Assembly (NCBI GenBank): GCA_002346675.1
Contig: DEAI01000006.1
Location: forward strand, 9,565-73,564
From: Fidelibacterota bacterium UBA2986
GTDB taxonomy: Bacteria; Fidelibacterota; Marinisomatia; Marinisomatales; AB-629-J13
Length of the DNA: 64,000 nucleotides
Direction: 5' to 3'
The translations under genes were made by a program, and so were the position numbers. The notes beneath the pieces are model-generated. The model was not told where the DNA came from. It ran no database searches and saw only the letters and a program-made list of their open reading frames with translations. Shown one piece after another: positions 46,838 through 56,872 of this stretch (positions within the stretch are counted from its first letter, which is position 1; each line of letters starts with the position of its first letter).

Positions 46838-48622
46838 TTACTTCATCACCATCATTTTTTTGATGATGGTTTTATTATCAGTTTTTAGAGTATACAAATA
46901 CATCCCCGATGGTACATTAGACGCATTAAAAATTGCTTCATGAACTCCGACATCCTGAATCCTATCTACCAATCGAGCAATTTCCTGACCCGATAAATTG
47001 TGCACCAGTAATTTCACACTGGTCTGCTGTGTAATCTCATATTGAATTGAGGTAACCGGGTTGAATGGGTTGGGATAATTCTGTAGAAGAGTCAACTCAT
47101 CTGGAAAAGATGAAACTGACCGCTTTCTCAGCTGCAGGTTATCCCCTAAATTTTCAATATTGATAATCCCTGAACCATTCAGAATATATTCAGTACCGGT
47201 TTCTGAGTTTATCAAAACCCATACTTTGCTATCTTCGGTATTTTTTTTAATATCAAAAGAAATATTGACTTTTTCAGTATTCTTCATCAACTCAATCTTT
47301 CCGTAATCTTCTGCGTAAGTCATATTATCTGAAAAACGAACATCAAAAGCGCCTACCGGTGGTTTTGGAGGGAGGCTGTAGCTGAGTCTCTCACTCTCCG
47401 GTACCTTTGTACCAAAGTAAAGAGGAATATTATTAAAGCGAATTACATTTGCATCTACTAATCTATTTAAAAAGAATTTTGTTCTGCCCTGATTCTCAGA
47501 TGCAGCGATTGTGATCTCTCCATCATTATATGATCTTAACCAATATCCTTTTCCTGGCTCAATAATCTCTGCGATAGAGTATCCTACATCAAATGAATAG
47601 ATTGTATTTGGTATGATCAAATTATCCGGATCTAAGATAGAATTTGAATAGACCGATGTAGAAACTCCTGAAATCATATTCCAATCTTCAGCAATCGGAA
47701 TGGTTATTTCTTCAATTTCAAAACCGGTCAGAGTTGAAAAACCACCTTCATCATCAAAGCGAATCCAGTAACCTGTTCCATTTTCTAAATTGGATTCTAA
47801 ATTGTATCCATTGTCAAATGAATACAGTGTATTTTCAATTGCATCTGGGAAAATGTATTGATAACTCGTATTATCCATCGTCAAAGGCAAACCAACTGTA
47901 ACCCAATCAGGCGAATACGCCAGCATCATGTCCATAGTGGGGTCCTGCCAGTCATTGGTGATTTCTCCCTGGTAAATCTCTTTACTACTCGAGGAATAGG
48001 ATTGAATTAATACAATGGTATGTATATTATTCAAATCCCAAGAAGGATCTAAATCAAAATGATGTGAGAACTGTCCTGTCTCTCCTTCTGCATATAGGTC
48101 AAAAGCAAAATGTTCATAACCTTCTACAGTAGCAAAATAATTGTTATTATAAAAATAGGTTAGAAGAAAGACTATCTTATTATCGCTGGTTGTAATATCT
48201 CCTGTCATAGCAATATCTGCAACTAGATCTAACCCACCATCATTTTGATTCAAATATGTAATAAAATCCATTTGGACTGGACTATCATCATTAATTAAAT
48301 CATTATAAACATTCATATAATATGGGTACATATTGGTTCCACCACCGACCACATCCGTGTGACCATTAAATTCAACATGAGGAATTCCTCCGACGCCATA
48401 CATTGAATTACGCTGGGAGTATCCGGGGCTGGTATGTCCGTCACCTTCCCAAATTAGGGGAATAACATTGGTATGATTTTCGTAAAGCTGTTTGAGCCCG
48501 GCCCGGGCATCAGGACAGTATCCTCACCAAGTTTGAGTGAAAACCTCACCAACAACTGAAATTTGAGTTCCAAAGATAAGTGAGTTTATGAACACACCCA
48601 TGACAATCATTATTTTTTTCAT
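46838..48622 (-). CDS. Candidate selenoprotein: signal peptide + thioredoxin-fold 'FTxxW-U-GYCP' domain + shared surface cassette + T9SS C-terminal sorting domain (594 codons including one in-frame TGA at 48524-48526)
   Basis: The track ORF (46838..48403) is only the part after the first Met. The same frame is open up to ATG 48622 (GGGAG 7-8 nt upstream; MKKIMIVMGVFINSLIFGTQISVVGEVFTQTW), then TGA, then GYCPDARAGLKQLYENHTNVIPLIWEGDGHTSPGYSQRNSMYGVGGIPHVEFNG... The paralog at 48739-50058 has LLELFTNVGCSPCVP at the aligned site. The tail LLQNYPNPFNPVTSIQYEI...GMYLYTLKTDN..KKMMVMK is a T9SS CTD. Confidence 0.7.
48488..48523 (-). promoter_or_regulatory. Candidate bacterial SECIS-like hairpin immediately 3' of the in-frame UGA
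   Basis: The RNA after UGA is GGAUACUGUC-CUG-AU-GCCCG-GGC-CGGGC-UCAAA-CAG. The core GC stem is at 48496-48508, 15 nt after the UGA, and can be extended by CUG/CAG. Fold not computed. Confidence 0.4.
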
Positions 48623-48738
48623 TTTTCGCTCCCTTAATTCAATATTTTTATAAAAATTTATACTAAAACACTTCATCTAAAACCTATCTCTTCAAAAGTT
48701 ACTCTGGAAGGTACAAATATTCTAGGATATCTCCAATT

Positions 48739-50058
48739 TTAATGTGATACCGGCAAAAGTGAATGCACCCGATTCGATTGATAAATTTTATTGGTCTGTA
48801 CCGATTGGACCATTGACACAACATAGAAAAAAGGATTATCGTTGGAATATCCTTCCGGTTTTAAGAGAGATATTCGTGATGTATACATCTCATCCTTAGT
48901 AAGTGAACTGAATTCAGCACTTGAATTTAGATCTCTCATGACCTGCATATGAATCAGCTCACCATTGAAAGCTGCATATTCTATACTATCCTCAACAACT
49001 ACTGCCCAAATCTTCACCACATCATTGATTGTATTAAACGGTCGCACTTCCAAATCAACAATAATGCTGTCACCACTAGCTGATAGATCATAAGTGTGTC
49101 CTAAATACATGTCACTTTCCTGTGCAATTTCAGATAAAACGATGCTATTGGCATTATTTTCTACGGGACTCTGTCCATTCAAAATGTGAACACCGTTAAT
49201 TAAAACGACAGGACAAAACAGAATATTGTACATTGTCCGTCTTAGCTCAACATCAGCCGGATTATAATCATACATAGGGTCGATTGGCAGCGGTGAGTTC
49301 CAGTGATATCGAATTATAGTTATATTTTGGTCATAATCATACAAAATATCATCCAAAATATGGTTTACCGGTACACATGGACTGCAACCTACATTCGTAA
49401 ACAATTCCAATAATACCGAGTTGGCATCTTCACAATTATTTGATTGATCATCATCACAATATCCACAGCCATCAACTACAGCATTACCCCCCCAATTTCC
49501 TGAACAGTCCTGAACACAATCATTGCTGTAATCCTCATCGCAAACATTACATTCATCTAAATATGCTCCCCCCCCACATTCACCATTACAGTCCTTTTCT
49601 GTACCATCCGGATAGCCTGGACATGCACAATCACTATCTCCATTACAAACTCCACAGTTATCAATAAGTGCTGTCCCGTTACACCTTCCTAAACAATCCA
49701 ACTCCCCCGGACATGCGATCACCGATAAATCAAAATAAAGAACGGATTTAGAATAATCTGAGTTTACCTGAAATTTTAACAGTGAAGGTCCCTGCTCCTT
49801 ACCATAAAATATAATATTGTTTTTACTTACGGAGACAATATTTACCTTACTCGTATCAGAAATAGTTAATAGTTGTGGTGTCCCAATTACTTTATTCAGT
49901 TGACTCATTAATGAGTCCAAATTATAATATAAAGTGTCTTTATGAATTAAATTATTTGAAATCACAATTTCATCTACGGGAGGGTCCACTGCATTCGGAA
50001 TTAAATCACATCCAAAATAAATAAGAAAAATACTGACCAAGAAAAAATGATTTTTCAA
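48739..50058 (-). CDS. Lipoprotein with a Cys-rich 'DxCGxCxGD' repeat region and a thioredoxin-fold CSPC domain (Cys paralog of the Sec candidate)
   Basis: MKNHFFLVSIFLIYFGC (lipobox). The Cys-rich block is at 49432-49713 (IDNCGVCNGDSDC, LDECNVCDEDYSNDC, VDGCGYCDDDQSNNC). LLELFTNVGCSPCVP has its CxxC at 49375-49386. 4-nt overlap with the upstream OMP gene. Confidence 0.75.
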   Translation of the reverse strand: MKNHFFLVSIFLIYFGCDLIPNAVDPPVDEIVISNNLIHKDTLYYNLDSLMSQLNKVIGTPQLLTISDTSKVNIVSVSKNNIIFYGKEQGPSLLKFQVNSDYSKSVLYFDLSVIACPGELDCLGRCNGTALIDNCGVCNGDSDCACPGYPDGTEKDCNGECGGGAYLDECNVCDEDYSNDCVQDCSGNWGGNAVVDGCGYCDDDQSNNCEDANSVLLELFTNVGCSPCVPVNHILDDILYDYDQNITIIRYHWNSPLPIDPMYDYNPADVELRRTMYNILFCPVVLINGVHILNGQSPVENNANSIVLSEIAQESDMYLGHTYDLSASGDSIIVDLEVRPFNTINDVVKIWAVVVEDSIEYAAFNGELIHMQVMRDLNSSAEFSSLTKDEMYTSRISLLKPEGYSNDNPFFYVVSMVQSVQTNKIYQSNRVHSLLPVSH

Positions 50059-51686
50059 AATCTAACTTCCAACATTAATCGCATCCCGTCAAACGGACTG
50101 ATATATCGACACACTCCTCCGGTGCATCTCACCCCGCCTTTTTCGGCTCCGTAATTTGTTCTGAGTGTTATAATAGAAGAGGGTTTATAGGAAATTTCTC
50201 CGCTTATCCAACGTGCATTTTCATCGAATGAAGGGTCAGATGTCTGATCTGTAACCAATGAGAATGATAATTTTTGTTTCCAATCGACTGATAAAATTAC
50301 TTGCTGATTTTTATAATTTTTTCCACTCTTTGAAACATTTTGTGTGCCAAGTAAACCGCTGAATACATAGGAACCCATTTGTTTAGAGAAATAAAACGGA
50401 ATAAAGGAAATATATTGTTCTTTTGAGATTCCATCTGTAGAATAATCAGTAAAAGCAGCGAAGGATCGATTTTGGAATGTTATATCAGAATATTCCAGTT
50501 CAATATACCACTCTTGAAAAGGAAAATATTCTATATCCATTTTAGGCAAAAATTGAGTGTTTTTTAGTTCGCTGATTGATGTTCTACTGGCCTGAGAATA
50601 AATTCCGGTCAGCAAAAATGATTCACCTAAATTTTTTCGGTAATCTATATTAAACCCAACCTCATCTCCATAATCCACAACATGGGTCAAGTTTGCCAAC
50701 AATCCAACCACATGTTGAGGAAGCGAGGTAGGTCCTAAATTAAATGGTAATGATTTTGAGGCAAGACGGTTAAAATTTATTTTATTATCAGACGACTCAA
50801 TTCCATATTGATATAATTTATATTCGATCGTTAAAGTGGAATGATCAGGTAATGATCCAATCCATTGGGAATATAAAACAGTACCAGTTTGGTTAGATAT
50901 GGATTCAACAGTTTTTAATACTGTACCATCAAATTCCTGCTTGACTAGAGGAAGGTCAAACCATTTCTTTAAAGCTCCGTATTCTATATTCCATTCCCAA
51001 TTATCTGAAAAATACGTAAATGTAATCCCACTTCCAATGATAGTTGCTTCCTGTTCATTAGTATCTACAATGGTCGATGAAAGAGTCTCTATATTCAGTG
51101 ATTCCATTCGGACCGGAGACCTAAATTTGGATAAAGTAAAATAACCAGAACTATTCCAATCTTGATCTTCTGGAAAATAACTTAGTTGAGCCCCTCCAGC
51201 ATCATAACTAGTCAAAATATCCGGTGTGCGGTCAGCTGATGGAGAATATGAAGTAAACTCATTCCTTCTGCCATAGAGAGATGTGATTTGAATCTCCTCA
51301 CTCAGATCAAAATCTACTCGTAGACCAAATGGACGGTTATCAAAATCTAACGATTTATCCTCAAAGAAGTTAAAGGCCAGCCCGTTTCCAAAAACGGCTG
51401 TTAAGTGCCCTGAATAAAGAGCCCATGACTCTTGAACCAAGTTAAAAGATAACGTACGAATTCCCGATAATTTAAGTCCATATTCCGGAGGTTTATTATA
51501 GACAAATTCCGAAGTAACATCCCAGTTATCCCCTTGAATATTTAAAGTTAAAAAATTTTCAGCATAGGTAAATTCATTTTCGGGTTGCATATTTTCACCA
51601 TATCGGGAATAAATACTTCCTCTATATTCTTGTGCAAAAACACTGGTAAATATGCTAACTATAAAGATAGTTAAATATAAATTCAT
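50055..51686 (-). CDS. Large outer-membrane beta-barrel protein, family not recognised
   Basis: Signal peptide MNLYLTIFIVSIFTSVFAQ, 543 aa of alternating beta-strand-like segments rich in Y/F/S/N, and a C-terminal ...GMRLMLEVRF aromatic terminus. Confidence 0.65.
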   Translation of the reverse strand: MNLYLTIFIVSIFTSVFAQEYRGSIYSRYGENMQPENEFTYAENFLTLNIQGDNWDVTSEFVYNKPPEYGLKLSGIRTLSFNLVQESWALYSGHLTAVFGNGLAFNFFEDKSLDFDNRPFGLRVDFDLSEEIQITSLYGRRNEFTSYSPSADRTPDILTSYDAGGAQLSYFPEDQDWNSSGYFTLSKFRSPVRMESLNIETLSSTIVDTNEQEATIIGSGITFTYFSDNWEWNIEYGALKKWFDLPLVKQEFDGTVLKTVESISNQTGTVLYSQWIGSLPDHSTLTIEYKLYQYGIESSDNKINFNRLASKSLPFNLGPTSLPQHVVGLLANLTHVVDYGDEVGFNIDYRKNLGESFLLTGIYSQASRTSISELKNTQFLPKMDIEYFPFQEWYIELEYSDITFQNRSFAAFTDYSTDGISKEQYISFIPFYFSKQMGSYVFSGLLGTQNVSKSGKNYKNQQVILSVDWKQKLSFSLVTDQTSDPSFDENARWISGEISYKPSSIITLRTNYGAEKGGVRCTGGVCRYISPFDGMRLMLEVRF

Positions 51687-51703
51687 CTGAGAAGTGCTAT
51701 TTT

Positions 51704-52249
51704 TTAATCTAACTTCGTAGAATCTGAGGCAGCTTTTTTAGTCCCATCCAATACATCTACAATCACCGCTTCCATTTCCTTTTCATCTCCAGGGATGTAA
51801 CCGGAATGTTCCCATAATATTTTTCCATCTGGAGAAACTAGTATAGAAAATGGAAGAGCTTCTGTATTAAATTTTTCAAAGAATCTTTGCTCTGTATCTA
51901 AGTATATCGCATAAGAAATCTTCTTTGATTTTAATGTAGTAGAAATTTTCTTTATAGTTTTAGAGTCATCGACTGAAATTCCAACAACCTGAAAATCATC
52001 ATCTTTATATTTATGGTGCATGATTTCTAATTCTTTCATCTCCTTCAAACAAGGAACGCACCATGTAGCCCAAAAGCTCATCATAGTATATTTTTCATTT
52101 AAAATCTTTTTTGTGGATATCTTTCTACCTTTTAATGATTTTATTTTTACATTAGGTAAATCTCGATACTCCTCTTTAATATCTACTCCTTCAGAGTATA
52201 ATAATGATATGTGTGTGAAAATTAAAAATCCTATTATTTTGTATTTCAT
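51704..52249 (-). CDS. TlpA/ResA-like periplasmic thiol:disulfide oxidoreductase
   Basis: N-terminal anchor/signal, MMSFWATWCVPCLKEMKEL (WCxPC), and ...ALPFSILVSPDGKI. First gene of the four-gene minus-strand cluster. Confidence 0.85.
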   Translation of the reverse strand: MKYKIIGFLIFTHISLLYSEGVDIKEEYRDLPNVKIKSLKGRKISTKKILNEKYTMMSFWATWCVPCLKEMKELEIMHHKYKDDDFQVVGISVDDSKTIKKISTTLKSKKISYAIYLDTEQRFFEKFNTEALPFSILVSPDGKILWEHSGYIPGDEKEMEAVIVDVLDGTKKAASDSTKLD

Positions 52250-52392
52250 ATTTTAACCCAATTTTATATTAACTTAGTCTCGATACGAGATTTATTACTT
52301 ATATTCGACAATATAAACTAGAATTTTATTCCAATGCAAACATTTGCTCTAAATTCATTGGAAATAATAATAAGTTTTTATATATAACAAAC

Positions 52393-52416
52393 AAATGTAA
52401 GTTATTACTTACATTT
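52393..52416 (-). terminator. AT-rich hairpin, probable terminator after glnS
   Basis: AAAUGUAAGU-(4 nt)-ACUUACAUUU, a perfect 10-bp stem followed by a U-rich tract on the minus strand, ~30 nt after the glnS stop. It separates glnS from the redox cluster. Confidence 0.5.
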
Positions 52417-52445
52417 ATAAATTATTTTCTTCTATCCTATCTAAG

Positions 52446-54131
52446 CTATCCAAAATTATTATCAACTTTCTTTTGTATTTTTTTCCAGGTGTCTCTTAGT
52501 GAAACCGTCCTATTAAAAATCAAATATTGTTCTGAAAAGTCTTCAGAGTCTAAACAAAAATAACCCTGTCTCTCAAATTGGATGGTTTCCCCTTTTTTAA
52601 CGGTTTGAACTGCTGGCTCCACTCTGCTTCCCTTTAAAACACTTAAAGAATTCGGATTTATATTTTGTGTAAAATGCCCTCCCTCCTCCACTTTTGCTGG
52701 ATTCTCAGTTGTAAATAATCTATCGTACAAACGAACTTCCATTGGCAGTGAATTCTCTGCCGATACCCAATGAAGTGTCCCCTTCACTTTTCTACCATCC
52801 GGAGCGGAACCTCCCTTTGTTTCAGGGTCATATGTACATCTTAATTCCACAATTTCTCCATTCTCATTTTTTATTATGTCTTTACAGGTGATAAAATATG
52901 CATATCGGAGTCGAACTTCTTTCCCCAGTGTCAATCGAAAAAACTTTTTGGGTGCATCTTCCATAAAATCTGATTTTTCTATAAATAATTCCCTGCTGAA
53001 TGGGATCTTTCGTTTTCCAGCACTTGGATCTTCAGGATTGTTAATTCCCTCCACCTCTTCCACTTTATCCTCTGGGAAATTCTCTATTACTATTTTAAGA
53101 GGATCTAATACTCCCATAAATCGTAACGCTCGTTTGTTCAAATCTTCCCTTACCGAGTGTTCAAGCAGAGCTATATCTGCTGTCATCTCCCGCTTCGCTA
53201 CTCCCAGATTTTCTGCAAATTTTCGAATGGAGGCCGGTGAATAGCCCCGCCTTCTCATTCCTGATATAGTGGGCATTCTCGGATCATTCCATCCAGACAC
53301 GTAGTTGCCCTCCACCAGCTCCAATAGCATTCGTTTGCTCATAACAGTAAAATTCAAATTCAATCGAGCAAATTCAATTTGCCGGGGATGATAGACATTT
53401 AACTGTTCTAAAAACCAGTCATAGAGTGGTCGATGATCCTCAAATTCCAGCGTACAAAGTGAATGAGTAATTCCCTCGATGGAATCTTCCAGACCATGGG
53501 CCCAATCATACATAGGATAAATACACCATGCGTCCCCGGTTCTGTGATGAGATTCATGCAAGATCCTATAAAGAACCGGATCTCTCATATTCAGATTAGA
53601 GTTATTCATATCAATTTTTGCACGAAGTACTTTTGAACCATTGGAAAACTCTCCTGCTTTCATTCGCCTGAATAAATCCAGATTCTCATCAGTGGGACGA
53701 TTACGAAAAGGGCTTTCCCTACCTGATTTGGTCAAAGTACCCCGAAATTGATTGATTTCTTCTGCAGATAAGTCACAGATAAATGCTTTTCCGTTTTTCA
53801 CCAGAGTCTCAGCATGAGTGTACATTTCATCAAAATAGTCTGAGGCATACAGTATTTTATCTCCCCACTCAAAACCCAACCATCTCACATCTTCGATAAT
53901 GGAACTTACATACTCTTCTTCTTCTTTGGATGGATTGGTATCATCAAACCTCAGATTGCACTGACCGTTGTATTTTTCTGCAAAACCAAAATTGATGCAG
54001 ATGGATTTGGCATGGCCAATGTGAAGATATCCATTTGGTTCCGGTGGAAATCGTGTGATGATATTTTTATGTTTTCCTGAGGACAGATCATCTTCAATAA
54101 TCTGCTGAATAAAATTTTTGGATTCAGTCAT
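52446..54131 (-). CDS. glnS: Glutaminyl-tRNA synthetase
   Basis: [17 protein letters not shown] (HIGH), VMSKR (KMSKS-type) and a C-terminal anticodon-binding beta-barrel region. ATG 54131 is preferred over the track's TTG 54137, giving an 8-nt overlap with the gltX stop. Confidence 0.93.
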   Translation of the reverse strand: MTESKNFIQQIIEDDLSSGKHKNIITRFPPEPNGYLHIGHAKSICINFGFAEKYNGQCNLRFDDTNPSKEEEEYVSSIIEDVRWLGFEWGDKILYASDYFDEMYTHAETLVKNGKAFICDLSAEEINQFRGTLTKSGRESPFRNRPTDENLDLFRRMKAGEFSNGSKVLRAKIDMNNSNLNMRDPVLYRILHESHHRTGDAWCIYPMYDWAHGLEDSIEGITHSLCTLEFEDHRPLYDWFLEQLNVYHPRQIEFARLNLNFTVMSKRMLLELVEGNYVSGWNDPRMPTISGMRRRGYSPASIRKFAENLGVAKREMTADIALLEHSVREDLNKRALRFMGVLDPLKIVIENFPEDKVEEVEGINNPEDPSAGKRKIPFSRELFIEKSDFMEDAPKKFFRLTLGKEVRLRYAYFITCKDIIKNENGEIVELRCTYDPETKGGSAPDGRKVKGTLHWVSAENSLPMEVRLYDRLFTTENPAKVEEGGHFTQNINPNSLSVLKGSRVEPAVQTVKKGETIQFERQGYFCLDSEDFSEQYLIFNRTVSLRDTWKKIQKKVDNNFG

Positions 54132-55566
54132 GATCAATTGGCAGTATTTCTACCGCTTTCTCTAGTCTTCTAATACATACATCCTTCCCTAAAACTTCCA
54201 TCATATGAAACAGTGATGGACCTGCACCGGCTCCACTGACAGCCAACCGAACAGGATGAATAAATTTTGCAGGACTCAGCTCTTTTATATCGCTTAATTT
54301 TCTCAATTCAATTTCTATATTTTCTTGGGTCCAAGTTACTATATTTTTTAAGACTTCCATAAAATATATAATCAGTTCATTCACTTCATTAGTTTTCCAC
54401 CGCTTTCTCATAGTTTTTGAATCATATTCTTGCGGATCATCAAAAAAATAATCGCTGGAATCCATCAATTCAATAATTGTTTTACAGCGTGGTTTCATGA
54501 GCTCAATAACAGAGAGCAAATAATCGAGATATCTACTATCTCCCCACAACATATTTATGGAATGAATTGAATTTAAAATATCCTCATTTTTCATTTTTAA
54601 GATCGTCTGCTGATTCACCCACTCCAGCTTTTGAATGTCAAATACCGCTCCTTTTTTTAAAACCCGCTCCAAAGAAAATTCACCAATTAGTTCCTCCAAT
54701 CTAAAGAGCTCTTGTTCCGTCCCAGGGTTCCACCCCAGTAAAGCCAAATAATTTACCAAAGCGGAGCTTAAGAATCCCTGATCTCGAAATGCCTGTACTC
54801 CGGTAGCACCATGACGCTTACTCAACCGTTTTTTATCAGGTCCTAAGATCATGGGTAAATGTACAAATTGTGGAAGTCCATAACCCAGTGCATTGTATAA
54901 AATAATTTGTTTTGGAGTATTCGAAATGTGGTCCTCTCCACGGATAATGTGAGTGATTCCCATATCGTTATCATCTACAACCGCAGTAAAATTGTATGTG
55001 GGAGAACCGTCCGTGCGGGCTACTATGAAATCATCCAGCTCATTATTTTGTACAGTAATTTCACCATAAATGGAGTCTGAAAATTTTGTTTCTCCTTTTG
55101 GTATTTTAATTCTGATTACATTTAAAGTATTATTTTCAAGCTTTACTTTAATATTGTTCTGTGTAAGAGAGCGACATGTCCCAGGGTAGGTATAGCCTAA
55201 ACCTGCTTTTTCTCTTTCGCCCCTGATTCTAGCCAGCTCCTCCTTATCACAAAAACACCGATATGCATTATCTGATGTCAATAATTTTTGAATTGACTTT
55301 TTATATATATCATTTCTTTTGGATTGATAAACCAGTTTTTCATCCCAATCACAATTCATCCAATTCAGAGATTCGCAGATCTGATCCACAAAATTTTGCT
55401 TTGAGCGTACTTTATCAGTGTCTTCAATCCTCAGCAAGAATGTCCCATTATGGGATCGTGCAAACAACCAATTGAATAATGCCGTTCTTGCACCGCCTAA
55501 ATGGAGCTCTCCCGTTGGACTGGGAGCAAATCGGACTCTCACAGATTGGTTTGTATATTGTGTCAT
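54124..55566 (-). CDS. gltX: Glutamyl-tRNA synthetase
   Basis: [22 protein letters not shown] (HIGH-type), LRIEDTD and RLSKRHG (KMSKS-type). 480 aa. Confidence 0.93.
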   Translation of the reverse strand: MTQYTNQSVRVRFAPSPTGELHLGGARTALFNWLFARSHNGTFLLRIEDTDKVRSKQNFVDQICESLNWMNCDWDEKLVYQSKRNDIYKKSIQKLLTSDNAYRCFCDKEELARIRGEREKAGLGYTYPGTCRSLTQNNIKVKLENNTLNVIRIKIPKGETKFSDSIYGEITVQNNELDDFIVARTDGSPTYNFTAVVDDNDMGITHIIRGEDHISNTPKQIILYNALGYGLPQFVHLPMILGPDKKRLSKRHGATGVQAFRDQGFLSSALVNYLALLGWNPGTEQELFRLEELIGEFSLERVLKKGAVFDIQKLEWVNQQTILKMKNEDILNSIHSINMLWGDSRYLDYLLSVIELMKPRCKTIIELMDSSDYFFDDPQEYDSKTMRKRWKTNEVNELIIYFMEVLKNIVTWTQENIEIELRKLSDIKELSPAKFIHPVRLAVSGAGAGPSLFHMMEVLGKDVCIRRLEKAVEILPIDHD

Positions 55567-55902
55567 AATGAGGGCTCAAATTAAAACGAAAAAATCTTTC
55601 AAATAATTTACATTTTTTATAAATATCATACGTGTTCTTCTAACAACGGAGACTCAATACAAAACTTCGTGCAACAAAATGGAACGACTGAGTAAATTAA
55701 ACTATATCTAAAAGAGATAAACCTATCCCAAGACTTGCAGTAATTATGATAACTAACATTGCCAATATATAAAGTGTCAGGAATTTAGAAAAATTTAATC
55801 AAAATTATTCCTCAGCTAAATAATTTCTAAACGCACGAACAACTGATACAGTATAACTTTTGTTATCAATTTATCTAAATAAACTTCATCTTAGATTATA
55901 AT

Positions 55903-56730
55903 TTGAGTAGAAATACTGCCATATTTCTTTTAATACTAACGGGTATTTTATGGAGCACCGGTGGATTTATCATAAAGGCCATCCCCTGGCCTCCCCTAAC
56001 TATTGCAGGCCTTAGAAGCGGAATCACATTCGCTCTGGTATACTGTTACAGTAGACCCAAGTTTTCTAACTTTGATAAGTACACCTGGGGCGGTGCATTA
56101 TCTTACGCTTTAATGGTAGTATGTTTTGTAATCGGAAATAAATTGACATCAGCAGGGAATGTTATTCTGATTCAGTTTTCAGCTCCAGTATATGTGGCAA
56201 TTTTTAGCTTTTCATTTTTAGGAGAAAAAGCCACAAAAGTAGACTGGATCACAATTTTTATCATATTGATTGGGTTAGGGTGTTTTTTTATGGATGAACT
56301 TTCCCTATATCAGCTGTGGGGGAATATTTTTGCACTTTTGTCAGGGATTGGATTTGCGGGGCTAACCCTCTTTATGCGTAAGCAAAAGGATGGCAGGCCT
56401 ATTGATTTAGTAATTTTGGGTAACTTAATTACATTTTTACTTTGCACCCCTTTTTACGTTAAAGCGGTACCATTTGAAATACAACCCTGGCTTTTGATCA
56501 CCTTTTTAGGTGTGGTTCAGCTAGGATTTGCCTACATACTGTATAGCACAGCAATAAAGTATGTATCTGCTCTGGATGCGATCATTTATCCCGTTGTTGA
56601 ACCAATTTTTAATCCTATTTTTGCTTTTATCTTTTTAGGAGAATATATGGGTATAAATGCTCTGTTTGGAGGTGCCCTAGTTGTAGCAGGGGTCATAGTC
56701 CGTGGGATTGCCCAAAGAACTAACAATTAA
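55903..56730 (+). CDS. EamA/DMT-superfamily transporter
   Basis: Ten predicted TM helices in two EamA-like halves. TTG start. Confidence 0.75.
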   Translation: MSRNTAIFLLILTGILWSTGGFIIKAIPWPPLTIAGLRSGITFALVYCYSRPKFSNFDKYTWGGALSYALMVVCFVIGNKLTSAGNVILIQFSAPVYVAIFSFSFLGEKATKVDWITIFIILIGLGCFFMDELSLYQLWGNIFALLSGIGFAGLTLFMRKQKDGRPIDLVILGNLITFLLCTPFYVKAVPFEIQPWLLITFLGVVQLGFAYILYSTAIKYVSALDAIIYPVVEPIFNPIFAFIFLGEYMGINALFGGALVVAGVIVRGIAQRTNN

Positions 56731-56872
56731 TAGCCAAATAGTTAGCAAAATATTACTCTGCTATTAATCCTATCATATCTTAATTAGAGTTCTTGTTTTA
56801 CATCCAATTCAAACTTTAGTTTTTTCGCCGTTTTTAAATGTAATTTCTATCAATTAACTGATTATTTATATT

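Noticed and set aside
48524-48526. Alternative explanation of the in-frame TGA: a genetic code with TGA = Trp or Gly (codes 4/25)
   Set aside because: TGA is used as an ordinary terminator by well-conserved genes here. Examples are the CBS/CysK-like gene at 19074-19076 and gltX at 54124-54126, both ending at the expected C-termini. The family position also calls for Cys, not Trp or Gly.
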